Shown here piece by piece: positions 30,764 through 40,307 of a DNA stretch of 64,000 nucleotides. Made by a program: the position numbers and the translations under genes. Under the pieces are notes generated by a model. It was given only the letters and a program-made list of their open reading frames with translations, was not told the DNA's origin and did no database searches. Source of the stretch: Nitrospirota bacterium (GTDB taxonomy: Bacteria > Nitrospirota > UBA9217). The stretch lies in NCBI GenBank assembly GCA_963741205.1, contig CAVUHW010000006.1, forward strand, positions 101,206 to 165,205. Reading direction: 5' to 3'. Position 1 is the first letter of the stretch; every line of letters begins with the position of its first letter.

Positions 30764-31947
30764 TTTAACCTCGATCCCATTTCGAATATCGGCAGGTAGA
30801 GCGCGATCACGATCACCGCCATCACGAGCCCCATGGTGAGCATGAGCACCGGCTCGATCATGGTCGTAATTGTCGTCAGCCTGTTCTCGACTTCCTGGTC
30901 GTAGAAGTCGGCCACATCTTCCAGCATCTCAGGAAGGTCGCCGGACGATTCCCCCACCTCGATCATCCGCACGGTCATGTCCGGCGCGAGCCGGGTCTGT
31001 TCGAAAGCGGCCGCCAGACTCACGCCCTCGGTCACGAGCGTCCTGACCTCCGACAGCCTCCTCGCCATGACCCTGTTGTTGACCACGCCCGCCGTGGTGT
31101 CCAGCGCCTGAACCAGCGGGATGCCGCCCCGGAGCACGGTCGCGAGTGTCCTCGTGACCTGGGCCATGAGATATTGCGTGACGAGAGACCGGAGAAGCGG
31201 TATCTTGAGCTTCAGGCCGTCAAGCGCGGTGCGGCCGGCATCGGTCTTCTTCCACATCGAGAGCCCGACGCCGAGGGCGACGAGGCCCGCGAGGATGAAC
31301 GGCGCAAACCTGCTGAGCATGTTGGTGAAGGAGATGAGGAGCATAGTCAGCGCGGGGAGCGAGCCGGACTGGTCGCTGTACATCTGGGTAAAGCTGGGGA
31401 TGACATAGAGGAAAAAGAGCGCGAGCACCGCAACCAGGGCGACGACGAGGAAGACCGGATAGGCGAGCGACATCTTCAGCTTGCTCATCACGGCGATCAT
31501 CTTTTTCTGGTACGCGATGAACCGCTTGAGCACGTCCACGAGGGCGCCGCTCTTTTCGCCGGCCCGGACCGTTGACGTATAGAGCGGCGTAAAGTAGGCA
31601 GGATGCTTGGCCATGGCGTCGGAGAGCGCCGTGCCCCCCTTGATGTCACTGATGATGCTTTCGAGCGTGCTCCGGAACCCCGGTTTTTCCGTTCTTTTGT
31701 GCAGGATTTCGAGGGACTGGAGGATAGGGAGCCCCGCCTTGATGAGCGTGGAGAATTCCTGGTTGAAGAGGAGGAAGTCTTTTGCGCTGGCGCCGCCGCG
31801 CAGGATCGTTTTTTTCTTCGAGAGACTCAGGACGAGATAGCCCCTGCCTTCAAGGTCCCGCCGCAGCTCCACGGCATCCGCGGCCATGGCCTCTTCGGTG
31901 ATCGACGTGCCGTCTTCCCGCATCGCCTTGTAGGTAAACAGAGGCAT
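30760..31947 (-). CDS. GspF/PilC inner-membrane platform protein
   Basis: MPLFTYKA, AGLPIL, AGEKSG.L, LAYP, VGESSGDL, IEP, LYLPIF. Confidence 0.93.
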   Translation of the reverse strand: MPLFTYKAMREDGTSITEEAMAADAVELRRDLEGRGYLVLSLSKKKTILRGGASAKDFLLFNQEFSTLIKAGLPILQSLEILHKRTEKPGFRSTLESIISDIKGGTALSDAMAKHPAYFTPLYTSTVRAGEKSGALVDVLKRFIAYQKKMIAVMSKLKMSLAYPVFLVVALVAVLALFFLYVIPSFTQMYSDQSGSLPALTMLLISFTNMLSRFAPFILAGLVALGVGLSMWKKTDAGRTALDGLKLKIPLLRSLVTQYLMAQVTRTLATVLRGGIPLVQALDTTAGVVNNRVMARRLSEVRTLVTEGVSLAAAFEQTRLAPDMTVRMIEVGESSGDLPEMLEDVADFYDQEVENRLTTITTMIEPVLMLTMGLVMAVIVIALYLPIFEMGSRLK

Positions 31948-32057
31948 GACGTGATAATACCAGATAGGCTGCGTATAAGTCAATAAGCGCTTGATTTCCG
32001 GGGCTTCGGGTATGTTCAATAAAGATGGGATGGGGAGAAGCCGGGAACCGGGCGGTC

Positions 32058-33189
32058 CTACCGCAGGTTTTTCCAGTACTGTTTTTGCACATCAACGATA
32101 CGTTGGGCCACTTGCTCTTCGGCGCGAGAAACGGTTTTTCCCGGAAGGGGGGCGGGACGGCCAAGGAGGGTATTGATTACGGCCCTGACGCCGCTCCGCA
32201 GGCCTTCGGGATTGTACCCGCCTTCGAGGGTAAGCAGTATCTTGCCGGGGCAGCTTTCGTTCGCAATATCCCTGACGATGCCCGCAAGGCCGCCGAACCC
32301 TTCACCGGTCACCGCCATGCCGCCGAGAGGGTCCTGGACATAGGGGTCGAAGCCTGCCGATACGAGGATGAGCTCCGGACGGTATTCGAGGGCAATGGGT
32401 TTTAAGATCCTGGAATAAACATGAGATATACCCGGCGTCGCTGAACCCGACGGGGAAGGGCGCGTTTACCGTGAAGCCCTCTCCTTTGCCGCTTCCCACC
32501 TCATCGACGCCGCCGGAGCCGGGATAGTAGGGATACTGGTGAGAAGAAAAGAAGAGCACGGAGGGATCGTCATAGAAGGCCCGCTGCGTGCCGTTTCCGT
32601 GATGAAGGTCCCAGTCGACGATCAGGACCCGCTTGAGCCCGTATCGTTTTTTTGCGTACTCGGCGGCGATCGCCACATTGTTGAACAGGCAGAACCCCAT
32701 GCCGCGAGCAGGCTCGGCATGATGCCCGGGGGGGCGGACAAAGGCGAATACCGATTGCGATTGTCACGTGCGGGACCACCCCTCACCCCAGCCCTCTCCC
32801 CTGATGGGAGAGGGGATGATTGGGAAGTCCTCTCCCCGGCGGAGAGGATTGAGGTGAGGGGGATTTCCGAAGATGGCATCAATACCATTGAGCAGACCGC
32901 CTACGGCGAGACGGGCCACCTCGTAGGACCTTGCGGATAACCCCGTATCGGGGTCAAGCTGCGAATGGAACTTTCCCTCGGTTTCAGCCACCTTCCGAAT
33001 ATAGGCCGGGTCGTGGACCAGGGCAAGCTCGTTCTCCCCGGCAAGGCGGGGGGGGATGACGGGGAGATTGGAGAATTCGGTCCCGATGAGGTCGTTGATA
33101 ACGCGGAGCCGGTTGGGGCTCTCGGGATGCCCTATACCGGCGTTGTGTTCCAGATATCGTTCGTCTTTGATGATCGCGAGGGATGGCAT
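32058..33189 (-). CDS. Histone deacetylase-family (AcuC/HDAC) protein with internal repeat insertion, in-frame TGA and a later frameshift
   Basis: HPESPNRL, RPPGHHA, GFCLFNNVAIAA, DWDLHHGNGTQ, YPGSG, SAGFD, LEGGY. Confidence 0.88.
32779..32862. repeat. Family F double hairpin inserted inside HDAC gene
   Basis: CCCCTCACCCCAGCCCTCTCCCCTGATGGGAGAGGG ... CCTCTCCCCGGCGGAGAGGATTGAGGTGAGGGGG; near-identical start to the 23568 copy. Confidence 0.85.
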
Positions 33190-33240
33190 TTTTCAGCGAG
33201 GAACGGGAAATCGGTGAATTCTGGCAGCGACACTTATTTC

Positions 33241-33333
33241 GTCATTCCCGAACGCCTCTATCGGGAATCCGTTTTTAAAGACAATTTCAAAATCAAAACC
33301 TCTGGATTCCGGCCAGAATCATGCCGGAATGAC
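33241..33333. repeat. Family C double-hairpin element
   Basis: GTCATTCCCGA..TCGGGAATCC ... GGATTCCGGC..GCCGGAATGAC. Confidence 0.85.
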
Positions 33334-33352
33334 GGATCTATGTCATTCGATT

Positions 33353-33880
33353 CTATTTCTGGTCCCGCAGTCTGGCAATCGGCGGCGGGGCCGCCGCAAT
33401 GTAATCTTTTACGCCGTACGACTCGATCCACTTCTGAAAAGCAGGCGGGCTCGGCAGTCGGTCCGGCATTTTTGCCTCAGGAGCGCAGACGTACATCACG
33501 GTTTTTACCAGGTCCATCACTCCGAACTCGAGCGTCGCCTGGATGTTCTTCGGCGAGGCCCCGGTGATCAAAATATTCTCGCGGTACCACCCGTCGCCCC
33601 GTGGAGTTATGGGACTACAGTCGAACCCCGCGGCCGGTCTGGTGCTGAAGCCCGCTTTCAGAGCGAACCCGGAGACATCGGCGCTCATCTGTTGCAGCCC
33701 TTTAAACGCGGGGTTCGAGCAGATACCTGCCTTGCCCCAGCAAAGGGGATCGAACCGGGTCGTATTGATGCCGCAGCAGAAGTGGTAGACGTCGGCGCCC
33801 TGCTCCGGCGCCTGGCGGATAACAATATACAGAAAGTCGTTCTTATATTCGTAGGATCGCAGTGTCTGGGCTTTTTTCAA
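33353..33880 (-). CDS. Hypothetical protein
   Basis: 175-aa ORF with TTG start and GAAGGAG RBS; no family recognised. Confidence 0.6.
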   Translation of the reverse strand: MKKAQTLRSYEYKNDFLYIVIRQAPEQGADVYHFCCGINTTRFDPLCWGKAGICSNPAFKGLQQMSADVSGFALKAGFSTRPAAGFDCSPITPRGDGWYRENILITGASPKNIQATLEFGVMDLVKTVMYVCAPEAKMPDRLPSPPAFQKWIESYGVKDYIAAAPPPIARLRDQK

Positions 33881-34003
33881 TGAAGACTCCTTCCCGGTAG
33901 GTGGCCGGGCTTAAGAGCGGCAACGTGGACGTGCCTGTCTTCGCGGCCATGAAGCGGGATTGCCAAGTTTCGTTCGCATCACATCGCGCCGATTTTTCAA
34001 GGG

Positions 34004-34348
34004 TTACTTTCGTTTCGTGGATTTTTTAGTGCTCTTGGCCGGCGCCGGCTTCTTTTTGGCCGCGGGTTTCGGCTTGGCCTTGGCCGCTGCTTCGCACTGC
34101 TGCACCTTTTTCTTGAGTTCGTCGATCTGCTGGTTCTGGTCCTTGAGAAGCTGTTCGAGCTTTGCACTGTCCTGTTTCAGGAGGTCGACTTCCTGCCTGG
34201 CCGCATCGCGCTCCGTTCGGGCCTTGTTCGCGGTGACCAGGCTCCAGATGAGGAGAATCGTCACCAGCGCTGCAAGCGAAAGAAAAATCAGTTTCATCTT
34301 CTGTGTGTCGTCTTTTTCGGTTCTTTCCGGTCTGTCCATTTTTTCCAC
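34004..34348 (-). CDS. Membrane-anchored coiled-coil protein with basic tail
   Basis: Single TM, heptad-rich segment, K/P/A-rich C-terminus; AGGAG upstream. Confidence 0.75.
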   Translation of the reverse strand: MEKMDRPERTEKDDTQKMKLIFLSLAALVTILLIWSLVTANKARTERDAARQEVDLLKQDSAKLEQLLKDQNQQIDELKKKVQQCEAAAKAKPKPAAKKKPAPAKSTKKSTKRK

Positions 34349-34435
34349 TGTTCCTCCTTGCGATGATGAATATTGAAATTATTACCTGATCAGGCTTGAT
34401 GAGATTGTATTCCCGGGGCTACCTGTGTTCGCCGG

Positions 34436-34949
34436 CTACTGCTCATACCGTTTTACTTCAAAGCGGAAAAGCTCGACCGGCGTTCCGGGTGGTATCCCCG
34501 CCTTCTGCATGGCGATGCTGATCTGGTAGTCTGCGGTATCGACGCCTTCGAGGTCTGGCAGCAGCAGGCCCCGTCTCCCTCCCGCCTGCACAATGACTCC
34601 GTAGCGCCGGGGATCGAGGTCGCTTTTCGATGCGACTTTCTCGGGAGGCGTCAGCACGTCCACGGTGTATTCGATCGCGTCCAGTTCGTCGGCGCGGACG
34701 CAGGAGAAACGGGGGTCGCAGGTGGCGGCGCTGACCGCGTTCCTTACGGCCTCGTGGGCGATGGTCGGCTCCGTCGGCTGGAACGTCCCGATGCACCCGC
34801 GAAGCTGGCCGCGGATCTTCAGACAGACGAACACGCCGGCCCGCGGTTTTCAGCTCGGCGGGGAGCTCGTCCTCCCGCACTTCATAGACCCTGCCTTCCC
34901 TGACGTAGAGCTCGACCGTGTCTTTTGCCAGACTGACGAGAGGATGCAT
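34436..34949 (-). CDS. AMMECR1-domain protein (frameshift near 34845)
   Basis: [52 protein letters not shown]. Confidence 0.9.
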
Positions 34950-35936
34950 TACATCTCCCGCTGCACGACATAATCCGCCAGAGCCATGAGGGCCTGGCGC
35001 GGCGCCGAATCGGGAAAGAGCGCAAGGGCCGCCTTGGCCTCGTTCGAAAGCGCCTGGGCGACTCCGAGCGCCTCGCCGACGGCCCCGTATTTTTCCATGA
35101 GCCCCAGGATATAGGCGAGATCGCCCTCGGCCATCGCATCGGCCTGGAGGATGTTCCCGAATGCGTCCGCGTTCCTCTTCGTCCGCGTCGCGCATGAGAT
35201 AGATGAGGGGAAGGGTGACCTTGCCCTCCTCGAGGTCCTTGCCCAGGGCTTTGCCGAGCTGTTTCTGGTCCGCCGCATAGTCGAGGGTGTCATCGGTTAT
35301 CTGGAACGCAAGGCCCAGTTTCTTTCCGTAGGCCGTCAGGGCGTCCTCCTGCGAGAGCGGCGCCTTGCTGATGATGGCGCCCAGCCGGCATGACGCCGCG
35401 ATCAGCACGCCGGTCTTGCATTCGACGAGCCGGTAATAATCCGCCTCGGTGATCTCCGAGTTTTGGATCTGCATGAGCTGCAGCACTTCGCCTTCGGACA
35501 TGGTCGTCGTGGTTTCGGACAGGACATCCATGACGCGCTGGTTGTGCAGACGGACGGCGTGGTAGAGGGCCTTGGAGTAAAGGTAATCGCCGACCAGGAT
35601 GCTTGCCTGGTTGCCCCAGAGCGAATTGGCCGAGGACCGCCCGCGGCGGAGCTTGGCCTCATCGACGACGTCATCATGGAGGAGCGACGCCGTGTGGATG
35701 TATTCGACCACGCTGCCCAGAAGGTATTCGGCGTCGTGTTCGCGGAACCCGCAGAGTCTGGCCGAGAGGAGGTGCAGCAGAGGGCGGAACCGCTTGCCGC
35801 CCGCGCCGAGGATGTATTTGCTGACCTGCTGGATGAGCGGAACGTCGGTGCCCAGGCTCTCATGGATCCTGCGCTCCATGCGTTCCATGTCGGATTTGTA
35901 TTCCTTTAATACGTCCTGGATGGTAGTGATCGTCAT
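34949..35936 (-). CDS. ispB: Long-chain polyprenyl diphosphate synthase (frameshift near 35160)
   Basis: GGKRFRP, first DDxxD (LHDDVVD..RRG), KT, second AFQITDDTLD, GKDL.EGK.TLP. Confidence 0.9.
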
Positions 35937-36002
35937 CGCGGTTTTTCCGGCCGGGCTAACGGAATAATAGGGGAGAAGCTCTGTATTGTCAAGGATTTTC
36001 AA

Positions 36003-36990
36003 CTACAGTTTCATCGCCTCATACACTTCGGCAAGCGTCTTCGCGGCCACAAGGCGGGCCTTGCGGGAGCCTTCGGCAATGATCTCGGCCACCTATCTCC
36101 GGACTCGCGGCATACTCTTTCCGGCGGTCATGGATGGGCTTGAGATAGGCGAGGAGGTGCTTGAGCAGCTCCTTTTTATCATCCACGCAGCCGATGCCCG
36201 CGCGCCGGCATTCGACGTTCACGTAGTCGCACCACTCCTTCGGCGCAAAGATCCTGTCAAGCGTGAAGAGCGGGCAGACGTCGGGGTTGCCGGGGTCCTG
36301 CCTGCGCACCCGGGCGGGGTCCGTGACCATCTGCATGACCTTTTTCGTGATCTCCTCAGGGCTGTCCGAAAGATAGAGGCAGTTGTTGTAGCTCTTGCTC
36401 ATCTTGCGGCCGTCCGTGCCCGGGACCTTGGGGTATTCGGTCAAAAGCGGCTGGGGCTCGGGGAACAGCTCTCCGTAGAACTGGTTGAAACGGCGGCAGA
36501 TCTCGCGCGACAGCTCCAGGTGGGGGATCTGGTCTATGCCGACCGGCACGAAGTCCGCCTTATAGATCAGGATGTCCGCGGCCTGGAGCACGGGGTAGCC
36601 CAGAAAACCATAGGTGTTCATTTCCTTATCCTGGATCTGCTCGATCTTTTCCTTGTACGTGGGCACGCGTTCGAGCCAGGGGAGCGGCGTGGACATGGAC
36701 AAAAGCACGTGGAGCACAGCATGCTCGGGCACGTGGGACTGCTGGAAGAGCACCGCCTTTTCGGGATCGAGACCGGCGGAGAGCCAGTCGATGACCATCT
36801 CCCTGACGTAGGTGCGGATCTGGGACGTGTCGGCATAGTTCGTGGTGAGGGCGTGCCAGTCGGCGACAAAGTAGTAGCATTCGTACTGGTCCTGCAGTTT
36901 CCTCCAGTTGTCGAGGGCGCCCATGAGGTTCCCGAGATGCAAAAGCCCGCTCGGCTGCATGCCGCTTAAGACTCGTTTTTTGTTAGTCAT
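36003..36990 (-). CDS. trpS: Tryptophanyl-tRNA synthetase (frameshift near 36095)
   Basis: SGMQPSGLLHLGN, GYPVLQAADIL, VPVG.DQ, KMSKS; C-terminus EVYEAMKL* in shifted frame. Confidence 0.96.
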
Positions 36991-37026
36991 AAAAAATCCT
37001 TTTTTGTAATTAAGCATCCCCCGTTT

Positions 37027-37102
37027 GTCGTCCCCGAGTGCCCCTATCGGGGACCCAGTATCTTTAACAAATGGATTCCCGATTATAGCATTCGGGAATG
37101 AC
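37027..37102. repeat. Family C double-hairpin element
   Basis: GTCGTCCCCGA..TCGGGGACCCA ... TGGATTCCCGA..TCGGGAATGAC. Confidence 0.8.
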
Positions 37103-37138
37103 GGAAAAAGAGAAGGATGCCGGAGAAGTTACTGCTTT

Positions 37139-37816
37139 CTACATAATATCCCCGCCCAGAAGCAGTGTGAGGATCGGACGGATAACGGGGCCCATGATGC
37201 GGCCCAGCACGCCGAGTGCGATGAGGAGCATGAGAATAAGCGTGCCGTATGGCTCCAGGCGATAGTAGGCCGCGGCCTGTTTATCGGGCAGCAGCCAGTA
37301 TGCCACCCTGCTTCCGTCGAGCGGCGGGATGGGGATCATGTTCAGCACGGCGAGGACGACGTTAATAATGACGCCGTAGCCCAGCATCAGGCTCAGGGGA
37401 AGGCCGAACAACTGCCAGGACTGCTTGGGGACGGCGCCTTCCAGCAATGGCATGACGGCACGAAGCAGGAATGCGAAGGAAACAGCCATGATTATGTTGA
37501 CGCCGGGGCCGGCGATGGACGAAAGCGCCATGCCCTTTTTCGGGTTCTTGAAGTTGTAGGGATTGATCGGCACCGGCTTGGCGTAGCCGAACACCATCTT
37601 GCCGTTCGTGAGCACGAACAGGAGCAGCGGCATGACGATCGTGCCGACGAGGTCGATGTGGGAGATCGGGTTCAGCGTGAGCCTGCCCATGTCCCGCGCA
37701 GTATGGTCGCCGAGTTTGTTCGCCACCCATCCGTGCGCTACCTCGTGGAGTACGATGGCGAAGATGAGCGGCGGGGCCATGACTACGATCTTTTGTATGG
37801 TAGAGAGTTCGTCCAT
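37139..37816 (-). CDS. Site-2 protease (M50, YwhC-like)
   Basis: HEVAH, GD.TA..GRLTLNP, AKPVP, AGP, NMIPIPPLDGS. Confidence 0.93.
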   Translation of the reverse strand: MDELSTIQKIVVMAPPLIFAIVLHEVAHGWVANKLGDHTARDMGRLTLNPISHIDLVGTIVMPLLLFVLTNGKMVFGYAKPVPINPYNFKNPKKGMALSSIAGPGVNIIMAVSFAFLLRAVMPLLEGAVPKQSWQLFGLPLSLMLGYGVIINVVLAVLNMIPIPPLDGSRVAYWLLPDKQAAAYYRLEPYGTLILMLLIALGVLGRIMGPVIRPILTLLLGGDIM

Positions 37817-37843
37817 GATCAATAATGCATCTACCTATAGTTT

Positions 37844-37963
37844 GTCATCCCCCGCTTAATCCATGCGGGGCGGGCCCCGAATCGTGCCCCCGAATGGTTC
37901 GTATCGGGGATCCATTTTGACGTGATAAAACGGATCCCCGCTCAGCAGGATTGCGGGAATGAC
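37844..37963. repeat. Family C element (compound)
   Basis: GTCATCCCCCGC..GCGGGG ... TCGGGGATCCA ... GGATCCCCGC..GCGGGAATGAC. Confidence 0.8.
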
Positions 37964-38058
37964 ATTTTGTAATGGTTTAATGCCCTTATGTCCTCGCTGT
38001 AAGGAAATTGATACTAAAAGAATCCGCGTCGCCTTGTCAAGAGAAAACCGGGAAGGCG

Positions 38059-39984
38059 CTATTTTTCTCCGGGATAGAGGACAAACTTGCCGTCCTGGAC
38101 TGTGATCAGAAAAAGCTTTTTCTGCGCCTCTCCGGCGCCCGGGAACGTGGTGGCCCCGGCGATGCCCGGGAAGTCCTTCAGGGAAAGCAGTCCGTCCCTG
38201 ACTGCCTGGGGGGTGTCTTTGCGCTCCTTGAGCAGGGAAAGCACCATAGCCGCGGCATCATAGGCCTGGGCTGCGAGGATGTCGGGTTCCTCCTGGTACG
38301 CGGAGCGGTAGGCGTCGATGACGGACTTGACCGCGGGGTCGGCGCTTTCCGGGAAGAAGCCGTCGACGAACACCGCGCCCTCTGCATAACGCCGGGCGCG
38401 ATCGATCAAGTCCTCGGAATGCCAGTTGTTCGACCCGATCAGGGCAATGCCGGAGATATTGTAAAATGCCAGTTGGGGTATCAGGAGCCCGATCCGTTCG
38501 GCGTATCCCGGCAGGTAAAGCGTATCGAAGCTCGGGATGTATTCCTGAAACAGCTTCTTTCGTTCCGCGTCATCCTCGGGGATAGGTATCTTCCGGGAGC
38601 GAAGGTCGATTTCAATCACTTTCCGTATATAAGGGCCGAAGTCCTTGACGTCGGACGGATAGGCCACCGTTGCCAGGTTTTCGGCCTTGTGGTCCAATTC
38701 CCGGGTAAAGAGCCGCGCGAGGTCCTTTCCGTAGGCGTCGTCAGGATAGAGGATCACATATCGGGTAATCTTCTGTTCAAGCGCATACTGGGCCGCGGCC
38801 GCAGCCTGGCTTGCGTTTGTGAGCGCGTTCCTGAAGAGCCAGGGGGAGAGTTTCCCGATACCCTCTCCGGACGCAGCCGGGGTAATCACCGGGACCTTTA
38901 CTTTTGCGAGGTCCGGGGCAATCGCTTCCGCCTCTTTTGTCAACAAGGGCCCGATGGCCGCGATAATGCCCTTGGACGCGAGTTCGGAGAGCGCGGCAAC
39001 GGCCTTTTCAGGAGAACCTTCGGTGTCCTTGACGAGAAGTTCCACCCGGTCTTCGGGATTCTGAAGATTATAGGAGTGCAGGGCGAGCTGAATTCCCTTG
39101 AGCACCCGGTCGCCAAAAAAGGCGAGTTGGCCCGACTGCGGCAGCAGCGCACCGAGGTAATGCCGCGGCGCGGTGAGCCCGGCCGTCGCGTCGTTCAAAA
39201 GCATTTCGGCACGCGTTTTTTCGGGGTGGTTCGGGTATTTTTCGAGGAAGTCCTTCGCTGTTCCGGCTGCGCTACGGTACTGCCGCTGCTCGAGTAAAAG
39301 AGCGGCTAGCCTCAGCCGGGCGAGATCCGCCGGATAGTCGGTCTCGGCCGAAAGGGCCTTAAGTTCGTCCTCGGTCAGGACCTTGTCGACGATCTCGCGG
39401 ACCCGTTCCCGGTACGCGGCTTTTCGCTGGCCGGTATCAGCGGTATCGGCAAGGTAGACGAGCTCCTTGATTGCCCGGGGATAATTTTTCCTGGCCTCGT
39501 AAGCGACTGCCAGCATTTCCGAGATGCGCTTCAGCTGCGCCGGATCAGTGATCTTGCGCCGATCCGCAAGGTTTGCGATGGCAAGGTCGTACTCCTTCAG
39601 CTCGAAGTAGCACTGGCCGAGCCGGTATTTCGCCGACATGATGTAGCGAGGACGCGGGAAATTCCTGGATGATTTCCTGGTAGTTGGTGAGCGCCTTGCG
39701 GTAGTCTCGCTGGGTGAAGCGGATTTCGCCCGAGAGGTAGAGCGCACGGTCCCGCTGAGAGCTCGTGGGATACTTATAGAGAAAGGCATCGACGTTCTGC
39801 GACGCAAGATCGTACAGCTTCGTCTTGAATTGGCCTTCGGCCTTGTCAAGGAGCGCTCCGGCGTCTTTCTCCCACGGTTCGAGGAGGACAGCTTGGGCGC
39901 GCAGCCTCCCTGAAACGGCAGGACAAAACAGACGAATGCGAGCAGGATGAGCACTGCTGTTGATCCGGCATGCCTGAAGGGCAT
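38059..39984 (-). CDS. LpoA/LppC-like lipoprotein: TPR repeats plus type I periplasmic binding domain (compensating shifts near N-terminus)
   Basis: Lipobox-like QGGC, TPR-like helices, GALLPQSG, IGPL, Y.D.YG, AQAYDA, F.G..G. Confidence 0.8.
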   Translation of the reverse strand: MPFRHAGSTAVLILLAFVCFVLPFQGGCAPKLSSSNRGRKTPERSLTRPKANSRRSCTILRRRTSMPFSISIPRALSGTVRSTSRAKSASPSETTARRSPTTRKSSRNFPRPRYIMSAKYRLGQCYFELKEYDLAIANLADRRKITDPAQLKRISEMLAVAYEARKNYPRAIKELVYLADTADTGQRKAAYRERVREIVDKVLTEDELKALSAETDYPADLARLRLAALLLEQRQYRSAAGTAKDFLEKYPNHPEKTRAEMLLNDATAGLTAPRHYLGALLPQSGQLAFFGDRVLKGIQLALHSYNLQNPEDRVELLVKDTEGSPEKAVAALSELASKGIIAAIGPLLTKEAEAIAPDLAKVKVPVITPAASGEGIGKLSPWLFRNALTNASQAAAAAQYALEQKITRYVILYPDDAYGKDLARLFTRELDHKAENLATVAYPSDVKDFGPYIRKVIEIDLRSRKIPIPEDDAERKKLFQEYIPSFDTLYLPGYAERIGLLIPQLAFYNISGIALIGSNNWHSEDLIDRARRYAEGAVFVDGFFPESADPAVKSVIDAYRSAYQEEPDILAAQAYDAAAMVLSLLKERKDTPQAVRDGLLSLKDFPGIAGATTFPGAGEAQKKLFLITVQDGKFVLYPGEK

Positions 39985-39988
39985 CGGT

Positions 39989-40099
39989 TTATTTTCCCTT
40001 TTTGGCCGCCGCCTCGGCGCGCGCAGTCTTGTGTCTGGCCCGAAGTACTTCTTCCCTCCGTTTACGCCTCCGGCTCAATTCTTTCTGTCTCTCACGCAT
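39989..40099 (-). CDS. Small basic protein, 36 aa (not in ORF track)
   Basis: MRERQKELSRRRKRREEVLRARHKTARAEAAAKKGK*; AAGGAG RBS upstream; stop lies 4 nt before the lipoprotein ATG. Confidence 0.65.
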   Translation of the reverse strand: MRERQKELSRRRKRREEVLRARHKTARAEAAAKKGK

Positions 40100-40229
40100 G
40101 AATGGGTCTCTCCTTTCAATTGGTTTTATGCTTCTTGAGCCTGCACACTATAGCGGAGATACGCCAATTTGTCAATATCATCCGCGTGGCGAGGCAACGT
40201 CTCACGTGCAGGGAATGCTGTTACAGCTT

Positions 40230-40245
40230 TGTGACCTTAATCACG
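40230..40245. promoter_or_regulatory. Candidate CRP/FNR-family binding site
   Basis: TGTGA-CCTTAA-TCACG, 9/10 match to TGTGA-N6-TCACA, in a divergent intergenic region. Confidence 0.5.
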
Positions 40246-40307
40246 GACTTATCTTTTGATTTATGTTCTACTACCGAAGGATGATTATTTTCCCAAGGAG
40301 GTATGTC

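Noticed and set aside
32764-32766. Selenocysteine readthrough of the HDAC TGA
   Set aside because: Position is in an inserted loop, not a conserved Cys site, and no SECIS-like hairpin is evident immediately downstream
34458-36002. 514-aa ORF extending IspB over the AMMECR1 gene
   Set aside because: Frameshift near 35160; real C-terminus ends at 34949 with a TAATG overlap
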